Positions 9,103-18,930 are shown, counted from the first letter of the stretch. The stretch is DNA of 64,000 nt from Candidatus Methylomirabilota bacterium (GCA_035762565.1 DASTOJ010000206.1:3913-67912); one strand, 5' to 3'. The notes: a model not told the origin generated them from the sequence alone. Numbers and translations are program-made.

Positions 9103-9753
9103 ATGAGTGATTTCTTCCAGGTGTTCGGGCTCGAGCGCAAGCTGGGCCTCGACGTGGCCGCATTGCAGCGACGCTTCTACGAGCTGTCGCGGCAGTGGCA
9201 CCCCGACTTCCACCAGGCGGCGGCGCCGGCCGAGCAGGCGCGGGCGCTGGAGGAGTCGGCGCGGGTCAACGCCGCCTACCGCGCCCTGCGCGACCCGATC
9301 TCCCGCGTCGAGTACCTCATCCGGCTGGAAGAGGGGCGGGACACCCGGGAGGGCGCCCTCGTGAAGCCCAAGGCGCCGCCCGAGTTGCTGGTGGAGATGT
9401 TCGAGATCCAGGAGGCTCTCGAGGACGCGAGGGCCGGTACCCTGGACGACGCCACCCGCGGCGCGCTGCGCGCGCAGCACGAGGCGCTGGCCTCGCGCCA
9501 GGCGGAGGGCGAGGCTGAGCTCGTGGGGCCGCTCAGCCGGGCCTGGGACGACGCCGCGCCCGGGGACCGGCCCGCCGCCCTGGCCGCGCTGAAGGAGGCG
9601 CTCGCAACCCGCGCCTATCTGCGAACCGTCATCGACGACCTCGGCACCGCCCTGGAAACGTCGCGGGACGACGAGGGGCGTCACGGCTGCGCCGGGGCGC
9701 CCCGAGCGTCGGGGGGGATGGGGGGCCAGGTCGGGGCCCCCCATCCAGACTGA
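9103..9753 (+). CDS. hscB: Fe-S protein assembly co-chaperone HscB (J-domain)
   Basis: J-domain with HPD (LSRQWHPDFH) and its position between iscA and hscA. GAGGA RBS 6 nt upstream. Gly/Ala-rich C-terminal tail is longer than typical. Confidence 0.85.
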   Translation: MSDFFQVFGLERKLGLDVAALQRRFYELSRQWHPDFHQAAAPAEQARALEESARVNAAYRALRDPISRVEYLIRLEEGRDTREGALVKPKAPPELLVEMFEIQEALEDARAGTLDDATRGALRAQHEALASRQAEGEAELVGPLSRAWDDAAPGDRPAALAALKEALATRAYLRTVIDDLGTALETSRDDEGRHGCAGAPRASGGMGGQVGAPHPD

Positions 9754-9761
9754 GAACAGGC

Positions 9762-11639
9762 ATGTCACGCATCGTCGGCATCGACCTGGGAACCACCAAC
9801 AGCCTGGTGGCCTACGTGGACGAGCGTACCGGACTGCCGGTAGTGATCCCGGACGACCAGGGCCGCCGCCTGCTCCCGTCCGTGGTGGCGTTCACGCCCG
9901 ACGGCATCGTCGTCGGCGAGGGGGCCCGGCGCCAGCTCGCGCGGCGACCGGCCGATACCGTGTTCTCGGTCAAGCGGCTGATGGGCCGCGGCTGGGAGGA
10001 CGTCAAAGACGAGCTGCGCTACCTGCCGTTCCGCGTGCTGCCGGGCGAGGGCGCCGTGAAGCTGGCGGTGGGCGGGCGCGAGGTCACGCCGCCCGAGGTG
10101 TCCGCGAGCGTGCTGAAGGCGCTGAGGGAGCGCGCGGAGACCCACTTCGGCGAGCCGGTCGAGAAGGCCGTCGTCACCGTGCCGGCGTACTTCAACGACA
10201 GCCAGCGGCAGGCGACCAAGGACGCCGGGCGCATCGCCGGCCTCGACGTCCTTCGCATCGTCAACGAGCCGACGGCGGCCTCCCTCGCCTACGGCCTGCA
10301 CCGGCTGGGGCAGGGCGTCGTCGCCGTATACGACCTCGGCGGGGGCACCTTCGACATCTCGATCCTGCGCGTCAAGGACGGGATCTTCGAGGTCCTGGCG
10401 ACGAACGGCGACACGCACCTGGGCGGCGACGACTTCGACCGCGTGCTGGTGCTGTGGCTGCTGGAGGACGTCCAGGCCCGCCACCACGCCGAGCTCGACC
10501 GCGACTGCGTCGAGCTCGCGCGCGACAACGAGGCGATGCAGGAGCTGCGACTGGCCGCCGAGGCCGCCAAGATCCGCCTCTCGAGCGACGAGAGGACGAT
10601 GCTGACCATTCCGTTCGCCGGCTTCACCTACCGCCGGGAGATCACCCGCGCCGACGTCGAGCGGCTGATCGCGCCGCTGGTGGCCAAGACGCTGGGGCCG
10701 TGCCGGCAGGCGCTGGCCGACGCCGGGCTCACGCCGGCCGCCATCGACCAGGTGGTGCTGGTGGGCGGCTCCACGCGGGTGCCGCTGGTGCGGCGGCGGG
10801 TGCAGGAGCTGTTCGGCAGGCCGGCGCACAGCCAGCTCGACCCCGACGAGGTGGTGGCGATGGGCGCGGCGGTGCAGGCCCGGATCCTGGCCGGCGGCAT
10901 CACGGACATGCTGCTGCTCGACGTCACGCCGCTGTCGCTGGGCATCGAGACGCTGGGCGGCATCGTGTCGGTCCTGATTGCGCGCAACACCACCATTCCG
11001 ACCAGCGCCCGCGAGATGTTCACCACGTCAGTCGACGGCCAGACGGTCGTGGACATGCACGTCGTGCAGGGCGAGCGGGAGCTGGCCAAGGACAACCGCT
11101 CGCTAGCGCGCTTCGAGCTGCGAGGGATCGACCCCATGCCGGCCGGCATGCCGAAGATCGAGGTGACGTTCCTCATCGACGCCAACGGCATCCTCCAGGT
11201 CCAGGCCAGGGAGCAGCGGACCGGCAAGGCGGCGTCGATCGAGGTGAAGCCGACCTACGGGCTCAGCGAGGCGGACGTCGAGCGCATGGTCGAGGAGTCG
11301 TTCACCTACGCCGAGGCCGACGTGGAGACGCGGCTGCTCATCGAGACGCGCAACGAGGCGGACACCGTGCTCACCCACGTGGACCGCGCGCTGCGCCAGG
11401 CCGGCCCGCTGCTGGACGCCGAGGAGCGACGGGGGATCGAGGCGGCGGTGGCGGCGCTGCGGCAGGCGCGCGCGGGCGAGGACCGCGACCGCATCCGCGA
11501 GCGGACGACCGACCTGAACCGGACGACCGAGCGCCTGGCCGAGGCGATGATGGACGCCGCCCTCAAGGACGCCCTCCGTACCCGGCGCGCGGCCGAGATC
11601 ATGAGCCGGGGGAATCCTCCCGCCGGCGGAGAGTCGTAA
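9762..11639 (+). CDS. hscA: Fe-S protein assembly chaperone HscA (Hsp70 family)
   Basis: [24 protein letters not shown] and [12 protein letters not shown] Hsp70 signatures in isc operon context. Confidence 0.95.
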   Translation: MSRIVGIDLGTTNSLVAYVDERTGLPVVIPDDQGRRLLPSVVAFTPDGIVVGEGARRQLARRPADTVFSVKRLMGRGWEDVKDELRYLPFRVLPGEGAVKLAVGGREVTPPEVSASVLKALRERAETHFGEPVEKAVVTVPAYFNDSQRQATKDAGRIAGLDVLRIVNEPTAASLAYGLHRLGQGVVAVYDLGGGTFDISILRVKDGIFEVLATNGDTHLGGDDFDRVLVLWLLEDVQARHHAELDRDCVELARDNEAMQELRLAAEAAKIRLSSDERTMLTIPFAGFTYRREITRADVERLIAPLVAKTLGPCRQALADAGLTPAAIDQVVLVGGSTRVPLVRRRVQELFGRPAHSQLDPDEVVAMGAAVQARILAGGITDMLLLDVTPLSLGIETLGGIVSVLIARNTTIPTSAREMFTTSVDGQTVVDMHVVQGERELAKDNRSLARFELRGIDPMPAGMPKIEVTFLIDANGILQVQAREQRTGKAASIEVKPTYGLSEADVERMVEESFTYAEADVETRLLIETRNEADTVLTHVDRALRQAGPLLDAEERRGIEAAVAALRQARAGEDRDRIRERTTDLNRTTERLAEAMMDAALKDALRTRRAAEIMSRGNPPAGGES

Positions 11640-11962
11640 TGGCAGTACACAAGGTCACGTTCCTGCCCTTCAACCGGACGGTCGAGGTCGACGACGAGAA
11701 GTATCCGCTGGCCGACCACGGCCGGCCGGGCTCGCTGCTCGACATCGCGCTGGCCAACGACATCCACCTCGAGCACAACTGTGGCGGCTCGTGCGCGTGC
11801 ACGACCTGTCACGTGGTCGTCAAGGAGGGCGCCGACAACCTCAGCGAGATGCAGGAGGACGAGGAGGACCGGCTCGACACGGCCGTGGGGCTGACCATCC
11901 GCTCGCGGCTGGGCTGCCAGGCGGTGGTCCGGGGCGACGTCGTCGTGGAGGTGCCGGAATGA
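11639..11962 (+). CDS. fdx: ISC-type [2Fe-2S] ferredoxin
   Basis: The ATG at 11639 overlaps the hscA TAA by 1 nt. CGGSCACTTCHV...LGCQ four-Cys adrenodoxin-type motif. Confidence 0.9.
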   Translation: MAVHKVTFLPFNRTVEVDDEKYPLADHGRPGSLLDIALANDIHLEHNCGGSCACTTCHVVVKEGADNLSEMQEDEEDRLDTAVGLTIRSRLGCQAVVRGDVVVEVPE

Positions 11963-12165
11963 GCCTCACGTGGCGGGACGCCGAGGACATCGGGATCGCC
12001 CTCAGCGAGAAGTTCCCCGACGTCGACCCGCTGACCGTCCGCTTCACCGACCTCCACCGCTGGGTCACCGAGCTCCCCGACTTCGCCGACGACCCCAAAA
12101 CCTCCAGCGAGTCCACCCTCGAAAAAATCCAGATGGCCTGGCTCGATGAATACCGCAACCGCTAG
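11959..12165 (+). CDS. iscX: Fe-S assembly protein IscX (YfhJ)
   Basis: ATGA overlap with fdx. 68 aa, MSLTWRDAEDIGIALSEKFPDVDPLTVRFTDLHRWV matches the IscX family pattern. Confidence 0.85.
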   Translation: MSLTWRDAEDIGIALSEKFPDVDPLTVRFTDLHRWVTELPDFADDPKTSSESTLEKIQMAWLDEYRNR

Positions 12166-12221
12166 CCCTCACACGGTCGAGTGCCCGCCTTCGAGGGCCG
12201 GCGTTGCCGGCGCAATCCTGC

Positions 12222-12280
12222 TTCTGGGGGGAGGCAGGGAGGAGCGGCCCCCCTCCGAGGCAGCGCAGCTCCCCTCCGAG
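12222..12280. repeat. GC-rich intergenic repeat, box copy 1 (TTCTGGGGGGAGGCAGGGAGGAGCG...)
   Basis: 12222-12246 matches 41801-41825 at 22 of 25 positions. It is followed by GGCCCCCCTCCGAGG. Lies between the convergent iscX and dsrH-like genes. Confidence 0.5.
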
Positions 12281-12502
12281 TCACCAGGTGATGACCTGGT
12301 CCGACTCGAAGATGCGCTCGAGAAGCGCCTCCCAGGACAGCTCGTCGGGGACGCGGCAGCGCGTCACCCCGGGCGGCGGGGTGAAATCCGGCGCACCCGG
12401 CAGCATCACGAGGGTGACGTCGTCGCCGGCGGCCTGCTGCTCACCGGCGAGGCTGAGGGCGAGCGGGTCGCCGGCCTTGAGCAGGTGGAGGACACGGGCC
12501 AT
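12281..12502 (-). CDS. DsrH/TusB-like sulfur relay protein
   Basis: 73 aa, last gene of a three-gene DsrE-F-H type operon, start overlapping the upstream stop. MARVLHLL...VTLVML pattern as in TusB/DsrH. Confidence 0.6.
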   Translation of the reverse strand: MARVLHLLKAGDPLALSLAGEQQAAGDDVTLVMLPGAPDFTPPPGVTRCRVPDELSWEALLERIFESDQVITW

Positions 12503-12858
12503 CAGAAGACGAGGAAGCGCCGGCCCTGGCGGATCAGCTTGCCGATCTGCGCCCGCGAGACGCGGACGATCGGATGGCCGCCCTCGTTCCAGTCGGGGTC
12601 GGCCGGGATCGCGTCGGTCTCGACGTGGAAGGGCACGCCCAGGCGCTTGAGGTTGTCCCGGAACTTGGCGATGTCGTCGCCGTCGACGAGGTCGTCGGTG
12701 TCGGCGTCGAGCAGGTGGACGGCCGGGCCGCGCAGCACGAAGGTGACATCGTTCTCGCCGGCGACCACACCCACGCCGATGCGCATCGCCTCGAAGGCGC
12801 GGTGCGACGCGCGCGGGTCGGCCGCGATCACCACCAGGACGGGCTGCGCGTCGGGCAC
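12502..12858 (-). CDS. DsrF/TusC-like sulfur relay protein
   Basis: 118 aa, DsrE-fold pattern (VLVVIAADP...AFEAMRIGVG...VTFVLRGPAVHLL), no Cys, as in TusC/DsrF. Middle gene of the trio. Confidence 0.65.
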   Translation of the reverse strand: MPDAQPVLVVIAADPRASHRAFEAMRIGVGVVAGENDVTFVLRGPAVHLLDADTDDLVDGDDIAKFRDNLKRLGVPFHVETDAIPADPDWNEGGHPIVRVSRAQIGKLIRQGRRFLVF

Positions 12859-12871
12859 GGGCGCGGTGGCG

Positions 12872-13198
12872 TCAGTTCAGCGCGACGAAGCGCTCGGTGC
12901 CGTTGATCAGGTCGGTCAGCACGACGAGGCCGCAGTACGTCACGCGCTCGGCGTCGGCGAGCGGCAGGCCGCGCTTCTGGCAGCCGTAGGCGCACACGAA
13001 GACCCGGGCGCCGCGGTCGGGCAGCGCCCGGATCCTCGGATCGTCCATCGCCCGCACGCCGTCGTCGATCAGGTAGAGATAGAGCTGGGCGCCGCGCGCG
13101 AGCGCGGCCGCGGCCAGGCCGGCCGCGGTCTCGAGGTTACCAGGATGCTCGGGACCGGTGGAGAGCAGCAGACCGAACTTCTTCTTGGCCAGGTCCAT
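12872..13198 (-). CDS. DsrE/TusD-like sulfur relay protein
   Basis: 108 aa with FGLLLSTGP, LYLYLIDDGV and the conserved Cys region VFVCAYGCQKRGL typical of DsrE/TusD. Confidence 0.7.
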   Translation of the reverse strand: MDLAKKKFGLLLSTGPEHPGNLETAAGLAAAALARGAQLYLYLIDDGVRAMDDPRIRALPDRGARVFVCAYGCQKRGLPLADAERVTYCGLVVLTDLINGTERFVALN

Positions 13199-13239
13199 CG
13201 CCGGCCGAGCGTAACATCGGGGTGGGGGGAGAGCAAGAA

Positions 13240-14397
13240 ATGAGCCGTCGCATCTATCTCGATCACAATGCGTCGACGCCGGTGCACCCGGAGGTGTTGG
13301 CGGAGATGCTGCCGTATTTCTCCGAGCGGTTCGGCAACCCGTCGAGCGCGCACGTTTTCGGCCGCGAGGCGCGGGCGGGGCTCGACACCGCGCGCGAACG
13401 GGTGGCGCGGTTCCTCCGGGTGGCGCCCGACGAGATCGTGTTCACCTCGGGCGGGACGGAGTCGGACAATCTCGGCGTGAAGGGCCTGGCGTGGGCGCGC
13501 GGGCGCGGCCACCTGATCACCTCCCGGGTCGAGCACCACGCGGTGCTCCGCGCCTGCCAGTGGCTGGAGAGCCAGGGCTTCGCGGTGACGTACCTCGGCG
13601 TCGACGAGCACGGCATGGTCGACCCCGACGACGTGAAGCGGGCCATCCGGCCCGACACGATCGGCATCTCGATCATGCACGCCAACAGCGAGGTCGGGAC
13701 GCTCCAGCCGGTGGCCGCCATCGGTGCCCTCGCGCGCGAGCGCGGCGTGCCTTTCCACGTGGACGCCGTGCAGACCTTCGGCAAGCTCGACCTCGACGTC
13801 GCGGCCGCGCACATCGATCTGCTGTCGTTCTCGGGCCACAAGATCTACGGCCCCAAGGGCGTGGCCGGGCTCTGGATCCGCAAGGGCACGAAGACGGCCG
13901 CCGTCCAGCACGGCGGCGAGCACGAGCGCCGGCGGCGCGCCGGCACCGAGAACCTCCCCGGCATCGTCGGCCTCGGTAAGGCCGCGGAGATCCGGGCCCG
14001 GGACATGCACGAGGAGGCGCGGCGGCTGACGCCGCTGCGCGACCGGCTGTGGGAGGGCATCCAGGCCCGCGTGCCCGAGGTGCGCCTCAACGGCCATCCC
14101 ACCGAGCGGCTGCCGGGGACGGCCAACATCTCGTTCCGCGGCGTCGAGTCGGAATCCGTCGTCCTCGGCCTGGATCTGAAGGGCATCGGCGTGTCGGCCG
14201 GCTCGGCCTGCACCACCGGCACCGTGGAGCCGTCCTACGTGCTGGTGGCCATGGGCCAGCCCCTCGACTGGGCGATGGGCGCCGTCCGTCACTCGCTGGG
14301 CCGCTCGACGACGGGCGAGGACATCGACTACGTGATCGAGACGGTGGAACCGCTGGTGCGCAAGCTGCGGGCGGCGCTGCCCGTGGGCGCCGTATGA
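13240..14397 (+). CDS. nifS: Cysteine desulfurase, NifS/IscS group I (canonical active site)
   Basis: [35 protein letters not shown] (PLP Lys present) and SAGSACTTG (catalytic Cys). ATG at 13240 preceded by GGGGGAGAG. Confidence 0.9.
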   Translation: MSRRIYLDHNASTPVHPEVLAEMLPYFSERFGNPSSAHVFGREARAGLDTARERVARFLRVAPDEIVFTSGGTESDNLGVKGLAWARGRGHLITSRVEHHAVLRACQWLESQGFAVTYLGVDEHGMVDPDDVKRAIRPDTIGISIMHANSEVGTLQPVAAIGALARERGVPFHVDAVQTFGKLDLDVAAAHIDLLSFSGHKIYGPKGVAGLWIRKGTKTAAVQHGGEHERRRRAGTENLPGIVGLGKAAEIRARDMHEEARRLTPLRDRLWEGIQARVPEVRLNGHPTERLPGTANISFRGVESESVVLGLDLKGIGVSAGSACTTGTVEPSYVLVAMGQPLDWAMGAVRHSLGRSTTGEDIDYVIETVEPLVRKLRAALPVGAV

Positions 14398-14777
14398 GAT
14401 ACAGCCCGACGCTGCTCGACCACTTCCTCAACCCCCGCAACGCCGGGTTGATGCGGGAGCCCGACGGTACGGGCGTGGACGAATACGAGGGCTGCGGCGA
14501 TCAGGCGCGCTTTTATCTGAGGGTGCGCGACGGTCACGTGGTCGAGGCGCGCTTCCAGACCTACGGGTGCGGCCCCACGATCGCCGCTGCCAGCGCGGCG
14601 AGCGAACGCGTGACGGGACGCCTGGTGGAGGAGCTGGCGCACCTCAAGCCTCAAGAGATCGAGGACGCCGTGGACGGGTTGCCGGACGACCGCAAGCACG
14701 CCGCCGACGTGGTCGCCGGCGCCCTGCGGGCGGCCGCGCTCGACGCGCTGCGGCGGCGGCAGGGAGGAGTGGCCTGA
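14394..14777 (+). CDS. IscU/NifU N-terminal-domain paralog with only two of the three ligand cysteines
   Basis: ATGA overlap with nif[17 protein letters not shown] and [11 protein letters not shown] are conserved. The IHCS position reads KHAA, and LPPVK reads LPDDR. Confidence 0.8.
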   Translation: MRYSPTLLDHFLNPRNAGLMREPDGTGVDEYEGCGDQARFYLRVRDGHVVEARFQTYGCGPTIAAASAASERVTGRLVEELAHLKPQEIEDAVDGLPDDRKHAADVVAGALRAAALDALRRRQGGVA

Positions 14778-15454
14778 TGTTCGAGGCGATCCGCAGTGAC
14801 ATCCGCACCGTCATGGAGCGCGACCCGGCGGCCCGCTCACGATTCGAGGTCCTGCTCTGCTACCCCGGCGTCCACGCCCTGGCCAGTCACCGCTTCGCCA
14901 ACCGGCTGTGGCGTGGCGGGTGGGCGGGCACCGCGCGCTTCGTGTCGCACGTGGCCCGGTTCCTCACCGGCATCGAGATCCATCCGGCGGCCCGCATCGG
15001 CCGCGGCCTGTTCATCGACCACGGCATGGGCATCGTGATCGGGGAGACCGCCGAGATCGGCGACAACGTGAGCCTGCTGCAAGGGGTCACGCTGGGCGGC
15101 ACCAGCACCCGCCGGGAGAAGCGCCACCCGACGCTACGGGACAACGTCATTGTCGGCGCCGGTGCCAAGATCATCGGCGCCATCACGGTCGGCGAGAACA
15201 GCCGGGTCGGGGCCGGCTCGGTCGTGGTGCGGGACGTGCCGCCCAACGCCGTCGTGGTCGGGGTCCCGGGCCGCGTCACCTCGAAGGACGGCCAGCGCGT
15301 GAGCGGGATCGACATGAACATGACGGACCTGCCCGACCCGGTCAGCCGCGCGATCGAACAGCTGGTGGAGCGGATCCGCGGGCTGGAGGCCGACCTCGAC
15401 AGCCTGCGCAAGCTCGTCGACCGCGACGGCCTCCACGGTGAGGAACGGCCCTGA
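14777..15454 (+). CDS. cysE: Serine O-acetyltransferase
   Basis: The ATG overlaps the upstream TGA by 1 nt. [34 protein letters not shown] and hexapeptide repeats. Confidence 0.9.
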   Translation: MFEAIRSDIRTVMERDPAARSRFEVLLCYPGVHALASHRFANRLWRGGWAGTARFVSHVARFLTGIEIHPAARIGRGLFIDHGMGIVIGETAEIGDNVSLLQGVTLGGTSTRREKRHPTLRDNVIVGAGAKIIGAITVGENSRVGAGSVVVRDVPPNAVVVGVPGRVTSKDGQRVSGIDMNMTDLPDPVSRAIEQLVERIRGLEADLDSLRKLVDRDGLHGEERP

Positions 15455-16011
15455 CCCGCGGGCAGGCCTGGTCACTGCTCACCGAGTTCACCCGGGGCGA
15501 CGGCCTGCGCAAGCACGCCCACGCCGTCGAGACTTCGATGCGCGCCTACGCCGCCCGCTTCGGCGAGGACTCCGAGCGCTGGGGCATCGCCGGCATGCTC
15601 CACGACTTCGACTACGAGATGCACCCGCGCGCGCCCCAGCATCCGGTGAAGGGCGCCGAGATCCTCCTGGCTCGCGGCGTCGAGCGCGAGGTCGTCTACG
15701 CCATCCTCGCCCACGCCGACTACTCCGGCATGCCGCGCGTCTCCCGCCTGGACAAGGCCCTCTACGCCTGCGACGAGCTGACCGGCTTCGTCCACGCCTG
15801 CGCGCTGGTGCGGCCGGGCAAGGTGATCACGGGCCTCGAGGCCGCCTCGGTGCGTAAGAAGCTCAAGGACAAGGGGTTTGCCCGCACCGTGAACCGCGAC
15901 GACGTCTACCGAGGCGCTGCCGAGCTGGGCGTGGACCTCGACGCTCACATCGCCTTCGTCGTCGAGGCGCTGGCCACGGTCGCCCCCGAGATCGGCCTCG
16001 CGCGGGCCTGA
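15451..16011 (+). CDS. HD-domain hydrolase (COG2316-like), apparent CTG start overlapping the cysE stop
   Basis: H...HD motif: KHAHAVE lies upstream of the first ATG (15538), and GMLHDFDYE downstream of it. The frame is open from 15442, and only CTG codons (15451, 15475, 15505) are available upstream of the conserved His. Confidence 0.7.
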   Translation: MTRGQAWSLLTEFTRGDGLRKHAHAVETSMRAYAARFGEDSERWGIAGMLHDFDYEMHPRAPQHPVKGAEILLARGVEREVVYAILAHADYSGMPRVSRLDKALYACDELTGFVHACALVRPGKVITGLEAASVRKKLKDKGFARTVNRDDVYRGAAELGVDLDAHIAFVVEALATVAPEIGLARA

Positions 16012-16087
16012 GCGTGGCGCGCGGCCGTGCGCGCATCGGCATGATGGCCGCTGCAGACGCGGCCTTGCGTGATGGAGAGGACTTCTC

Positions 16088-16378
16088 ATGTGTCGAAACA
16101 TCAAGACTCTGCACAACTTCAAGCCACCGGCCACGGATGAAGAGATCCGGGCGTCATCCTTGCAGTTCGTCCGGAAGCTGAGCGGGTTCGCGCGGCCCTC
16201 CCGGGCCAACGAACCCGCGTTCGCGCTGGCCGTGGATCAGGTGGCGCAGGCGGCACGGAGCCTGCTGGATTCTCTCGTGACGAACGCTCCGCCTCGGGAT
16301 CGCGGAGTCGAAGCGGTGAAGGCCCGCGCCCGGGCAGCGGTCCGCTTTCGCGCTCCCGGTGCGAGCCACGCCCCCTGA
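16088..16378 (+). CDS. DUF2277-like small conserved protein
   Basis: 96 aa. The N-terminus MCRNIKTLHNFKPPATDEEI matches my recollection of the DUF2277 family signature. Confidence 0.55.
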   Translation: MCRNIKTLHNFKPPATDEEIRASSLQFVRKLSGFARPSRANEPAFALAVDQVAQAARSLLDSLVTNAPPRDRGVEAVKARARAAVRFRAPGASHAP

Positions 16379-16404
16379 GCGACGATCGGATCAACCGGCG
16401 CGCC

Positions 16405-17565
16405 ATGTCCCGCGCGATCGCCCACATCGACATGGACGCGTTCTACGCGTCCGTCGAGCAGCGCGACCGGCCCGAGCTGCGAGGTCTTCCCGTCATCGTC
16501 GGCGCCGATCCCCGGGGCCGCGGGGTGGTGTCGGCGGCCTCCTACGAGGCGCGCGTCCACGGCGTGCACTCCGCGATGCCGATCTCGAAGGCCTACCGGC
16601 TCTGCCCGCAGGGCGTCTACCTGCCGGTGGACATGACGAAGTACGCCGGCGTCTCGCGGGAGATCATGGCGATCCTCGGCGACTTCTCGCCACTGGTGGA
16701 GCCGGTGTCGGTGGACGAGGCGTTCGTGGACCTGACCGGGACGCAGACGCTGTGGGGTCCGCCGGCCGAGGCCGTGCGCCGGATCAAGGCGCGGATCCGC
16801 GCGGAGACCGGGTTGACGGCCTCGGCGGGCCTGGCCTCGAACAAGTTCGTGGCCAAGGTGGGCTCCGACCTCGAGAAGCCGGACGGGCTGGTCGTGGTGC
16901 CGCCCGGCGAGGAGGCCGCCTTCCTGGCGCCGCTGCCGATCGAGCGGCTGTGGGGGGTCGGCAAGGCCACGGCCAGGGAGCTGGCCGCACTGGGCGTCAC
17001 GACGATCGGCCAGCTTCAGGCGCTCTCACCCGGCGTGCTCGCCGCGCGCTTGGGCCCGCACGGGCCCGACCTCCGGGCGCTCGCGGTCGGTCGTGACGCG
17101 CGGCCCGTCGAGCCGTTCTCGCCGCCCAAGTCGATGGGCGCCGAGGAGACGTTCGAGCGGGACTGCCGGGACGTCGCGCGGCTGGAGGACACGCTGCGCG
17201 GCCAGGCCGAGCGGGTGGCGCGCGAGATGCGCGCCGAGGGGCTGGCGGCGTGCCGCGTGACGCTCAAGCTGCGGTGGGCGGACTTCCGCACGCTCACGCG
17301 CAGCCACACGGGCGATCCCACCCAGGACGGGCTCGAGATCTACCGGCGCGCCGCCGCCCTGCTCGCGCGCGAGCGCTTGATCCAGCCCGTCCGCCTCATC
17401 GGAGTGTCAGCCTCGACCTTCAGGCCGGAGGCGCGGGGTCAGCTCCCACTGCTCGATCCCGCCGCCGTGCGGCGGGAGCGGCTGGCCCGCGCCGTGGACC
17501 GCATCACGGGACGCTTCGGCCGCTCGGCCATCCTGCCCGCCCGTCTCATCGACCGTCCCGAGTAA
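16405..17565 (+). CDS. dinB: DNA polymerase IV
   Basis: IAHIDMDAFYASVEQRD, SVDEAFLD-like SVDEAFVDLTG, and NKFVAKVGSDLEKPDG Y-family motifs. Confidence 0.9.
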   Translation: MSRAIAHIDMDAFYASVEQRDRPELRGLPVIVGADPRGRGVVSAASYEARVHGVHSAMPISKAYRLCPQGVYLPVDMTKYAGVSREIMAILGDFSPLVEPVSVDEAFVDLTGTQTLWGPPAEAVRRIKARIRAETGLTASAGLASNKFVAKVGSDLEKPDGLVVVPPGEEAAFLAPLPIERLWGVGKATARELAALGVTTIGQLQALSPGVLAARLGPHGPDLRALAVGRDARPVEPFSPPKSMGAEETFERDCRDVARLEDTLRGQAERVAREMRAEGLAACRVTLKLRWADFRTLTRSHTGDPTQDGLEIYRRAAALLARERLIQPVRLIGVSASTFRPEARGQLPLLDPAAVRRERLARAVDRITGRFGRSAILPARLIDRPE

Positions 17566-17576
17566 CGCGCCGCGCG

Positions 17577-17605
17577 TTGGGAACAGCGCGGGAGCGGTAT
17601 ATAAT
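17577..17605 (+). promoter_or_regulatory. Candidate sigma-70 promoter of the liv-type transporter operon (TTGGGA-17 nt-TATAAT)
   Basis: Perfect TATAAT at 17600-17605 inside an AT-rich TATATAAT island in a 70% GC context, with TTGGGA 17 nt upstream. A 15-nt palindrome AACGCGCCGCGCGTT precedes it at 17564-17578. Confidence 0.5.
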
Positions 17606-17684
17606 CCGCGCCACCATCGCGCGACTGAGGGATCATTCAGCCGCCAGCAAGTTCCGGGCACACCCGCTGAGGAGGACGCACGGC

Positions 17685-18887
17685 ATGAGGACCAAAGCAC
17701 TCGCGCTCATCACGGCGCTGACCCTGGCGGTGGTGCCGCCGGCGTTCGCCCAGACCAGGGTGCCCGGTGTCACCGACACCGAGGTCACCGTCGGCCTCAG
17801 CATGCCGCTCTCGGGCGTCGCGGCGGCCTGGAGCAACACGGGCGTCGCCATGGAAGCCTGGGCCAGGCACGTCAACGAGCAGGGCGGGATCCACGGCCGC
17901 AAGCTCAAGGTCGTCATGAAGGACGACGGCTACAACCCGGGGCGGGCCGTCGCTAACATCCAGGAGATGCAGAACGACGTGTTCATGAACGTCGGCCTGC
18001 TCGGCTCCGCCATCCTCAACGCGGCCAAGGACAAGGTGGCCGAGGCCAGGCTGCTGACGATCAATCCCTACGGCAACCCGGCCATCTGGGCCAAGCAGCC
18101 GAAGGACAAGCTCCGGTACGTTTTCGTCAACTACACCGACTACAACGACGAGGGCGAGTTCCTGGTCACCTTCGCGGCCACCAAGCTGGGCGCCAAGAAG
18201 GTGGCGGTCTTCCACCAGAACGACGAGTACGGCAAGGGAGGGCTGGAGGGCGTCACCCGCGGCCTCAAGGCCCTGGGCGGTAAGGCGACGCTGGCCGCCG
18301 CGGTCTCCTACGAGATCACCGACCGCGAGCTGGGCACGCACGCGCTCAAGCTGAAGGACTCCGGCGCCGACACGGTGATCCTCTACCCGACGATCACGCA
18401 CGGCGCCAACGTGATCAAGGAGATGGCCAAGGCCGGCTACCGGCCCAAGCTGGTCGCCTCGTTCCCGCTCGGCGACTACCTGATCATGTACCGGCTGCTG
18501 GGCGATCTCTGGGAGGGCGCCCACTTCAGCATCCTGTCGGGCGCGGCCGTGGCCGGCGACCCGGCGGGCAAGAAGGTGCTCGACGTCCTCACCAAGCAGG
18601 AGCCCAAGCTGGTCGGCAAGGAGAACACCGCGCTGGCCGGCGTCACGGCAATGATCCTGGCCGTGGAGGGCCTGAACCGGGCCGGCAAGAACCTGACGCG
18701 CGACTCGTACGTGGAGGCGATGGAAGGCCTCAAGGGGTTCACCGCCCAGGGGCTCACCCCGCCGATCACGTTCGGACCCAACCGGCGGCATGGCCTCAAC
18801 GCGCTACGGCTGCTGCGGGCGGTCAAGGCGGCGGACAGCTCCTACGCGGAGGTGGTCCCACCCCAGATCTTCCAGCCGCATTTTTGA
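17685..18887 (+). CDS. ABC transporter substrate-binding protein (LivK / Peripla_BP_6 type)
   Basis: Signal peptide MRTKALALITALTLAVVPPAFAQ, GAGGAGGA RBS, and the family-typical GVTDTEVTVG start of the mature domain. Confidence 0.85.
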   Translation: MRTKALALITALTLAVVPPAFAQTRVPGVTDTEVTVGLSMPLSGVAAAWSNTGVAMEAWARHVNEQGGIHGRKLKVVMKDDGYNPGRAVANIQEMQNDVFMNVGLLGSAILNAAKDKVAEARLLTINPYGNPAIWAKQPKDKLRYVFVNYTDYNDEGEFLVTFAATKLGAKKVAVFHQNDEYGKGGLEGVTRGLKALGGKATLAAAVSYEITDRELGTHALKLKDSGADTVILYPTITHGANVIKEMAKAGYRPKLVASFPLGDYLIMYRLLGDLWEGAHFSILSGAAVAGDPAGKKVLDVLTKQEPKLVGKENTALAGVTAMILAVEGLNRAGKNLTRDSYVEAMEGLKGFTAQGLTPPITFGPNRRHGLNALRLLRAVKAADSSYAEVVPPQIFQPHF

Positions 18888-18888
18888 G

Positions 18889-18930
18889 TCGGAGGGGCCT
18901 CGACGGCCCCCTCCGATGCCTCCCCCGGGA
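18889..18930. repeat. GC-rich hairpin repeat copy (TCGGAGGGGCC-TCGAC-GGCCCCCTCCGA) plus inverted GGGGGAGGCA box
   Basis: 11-bp stem with a one-C bulge directly after the SBP gene stop. Same architecture as 41847-41877. The flanking TGCCTCCCCC is the reverse complement of the GGGGGAGGCA box. Confidence 0.55.
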
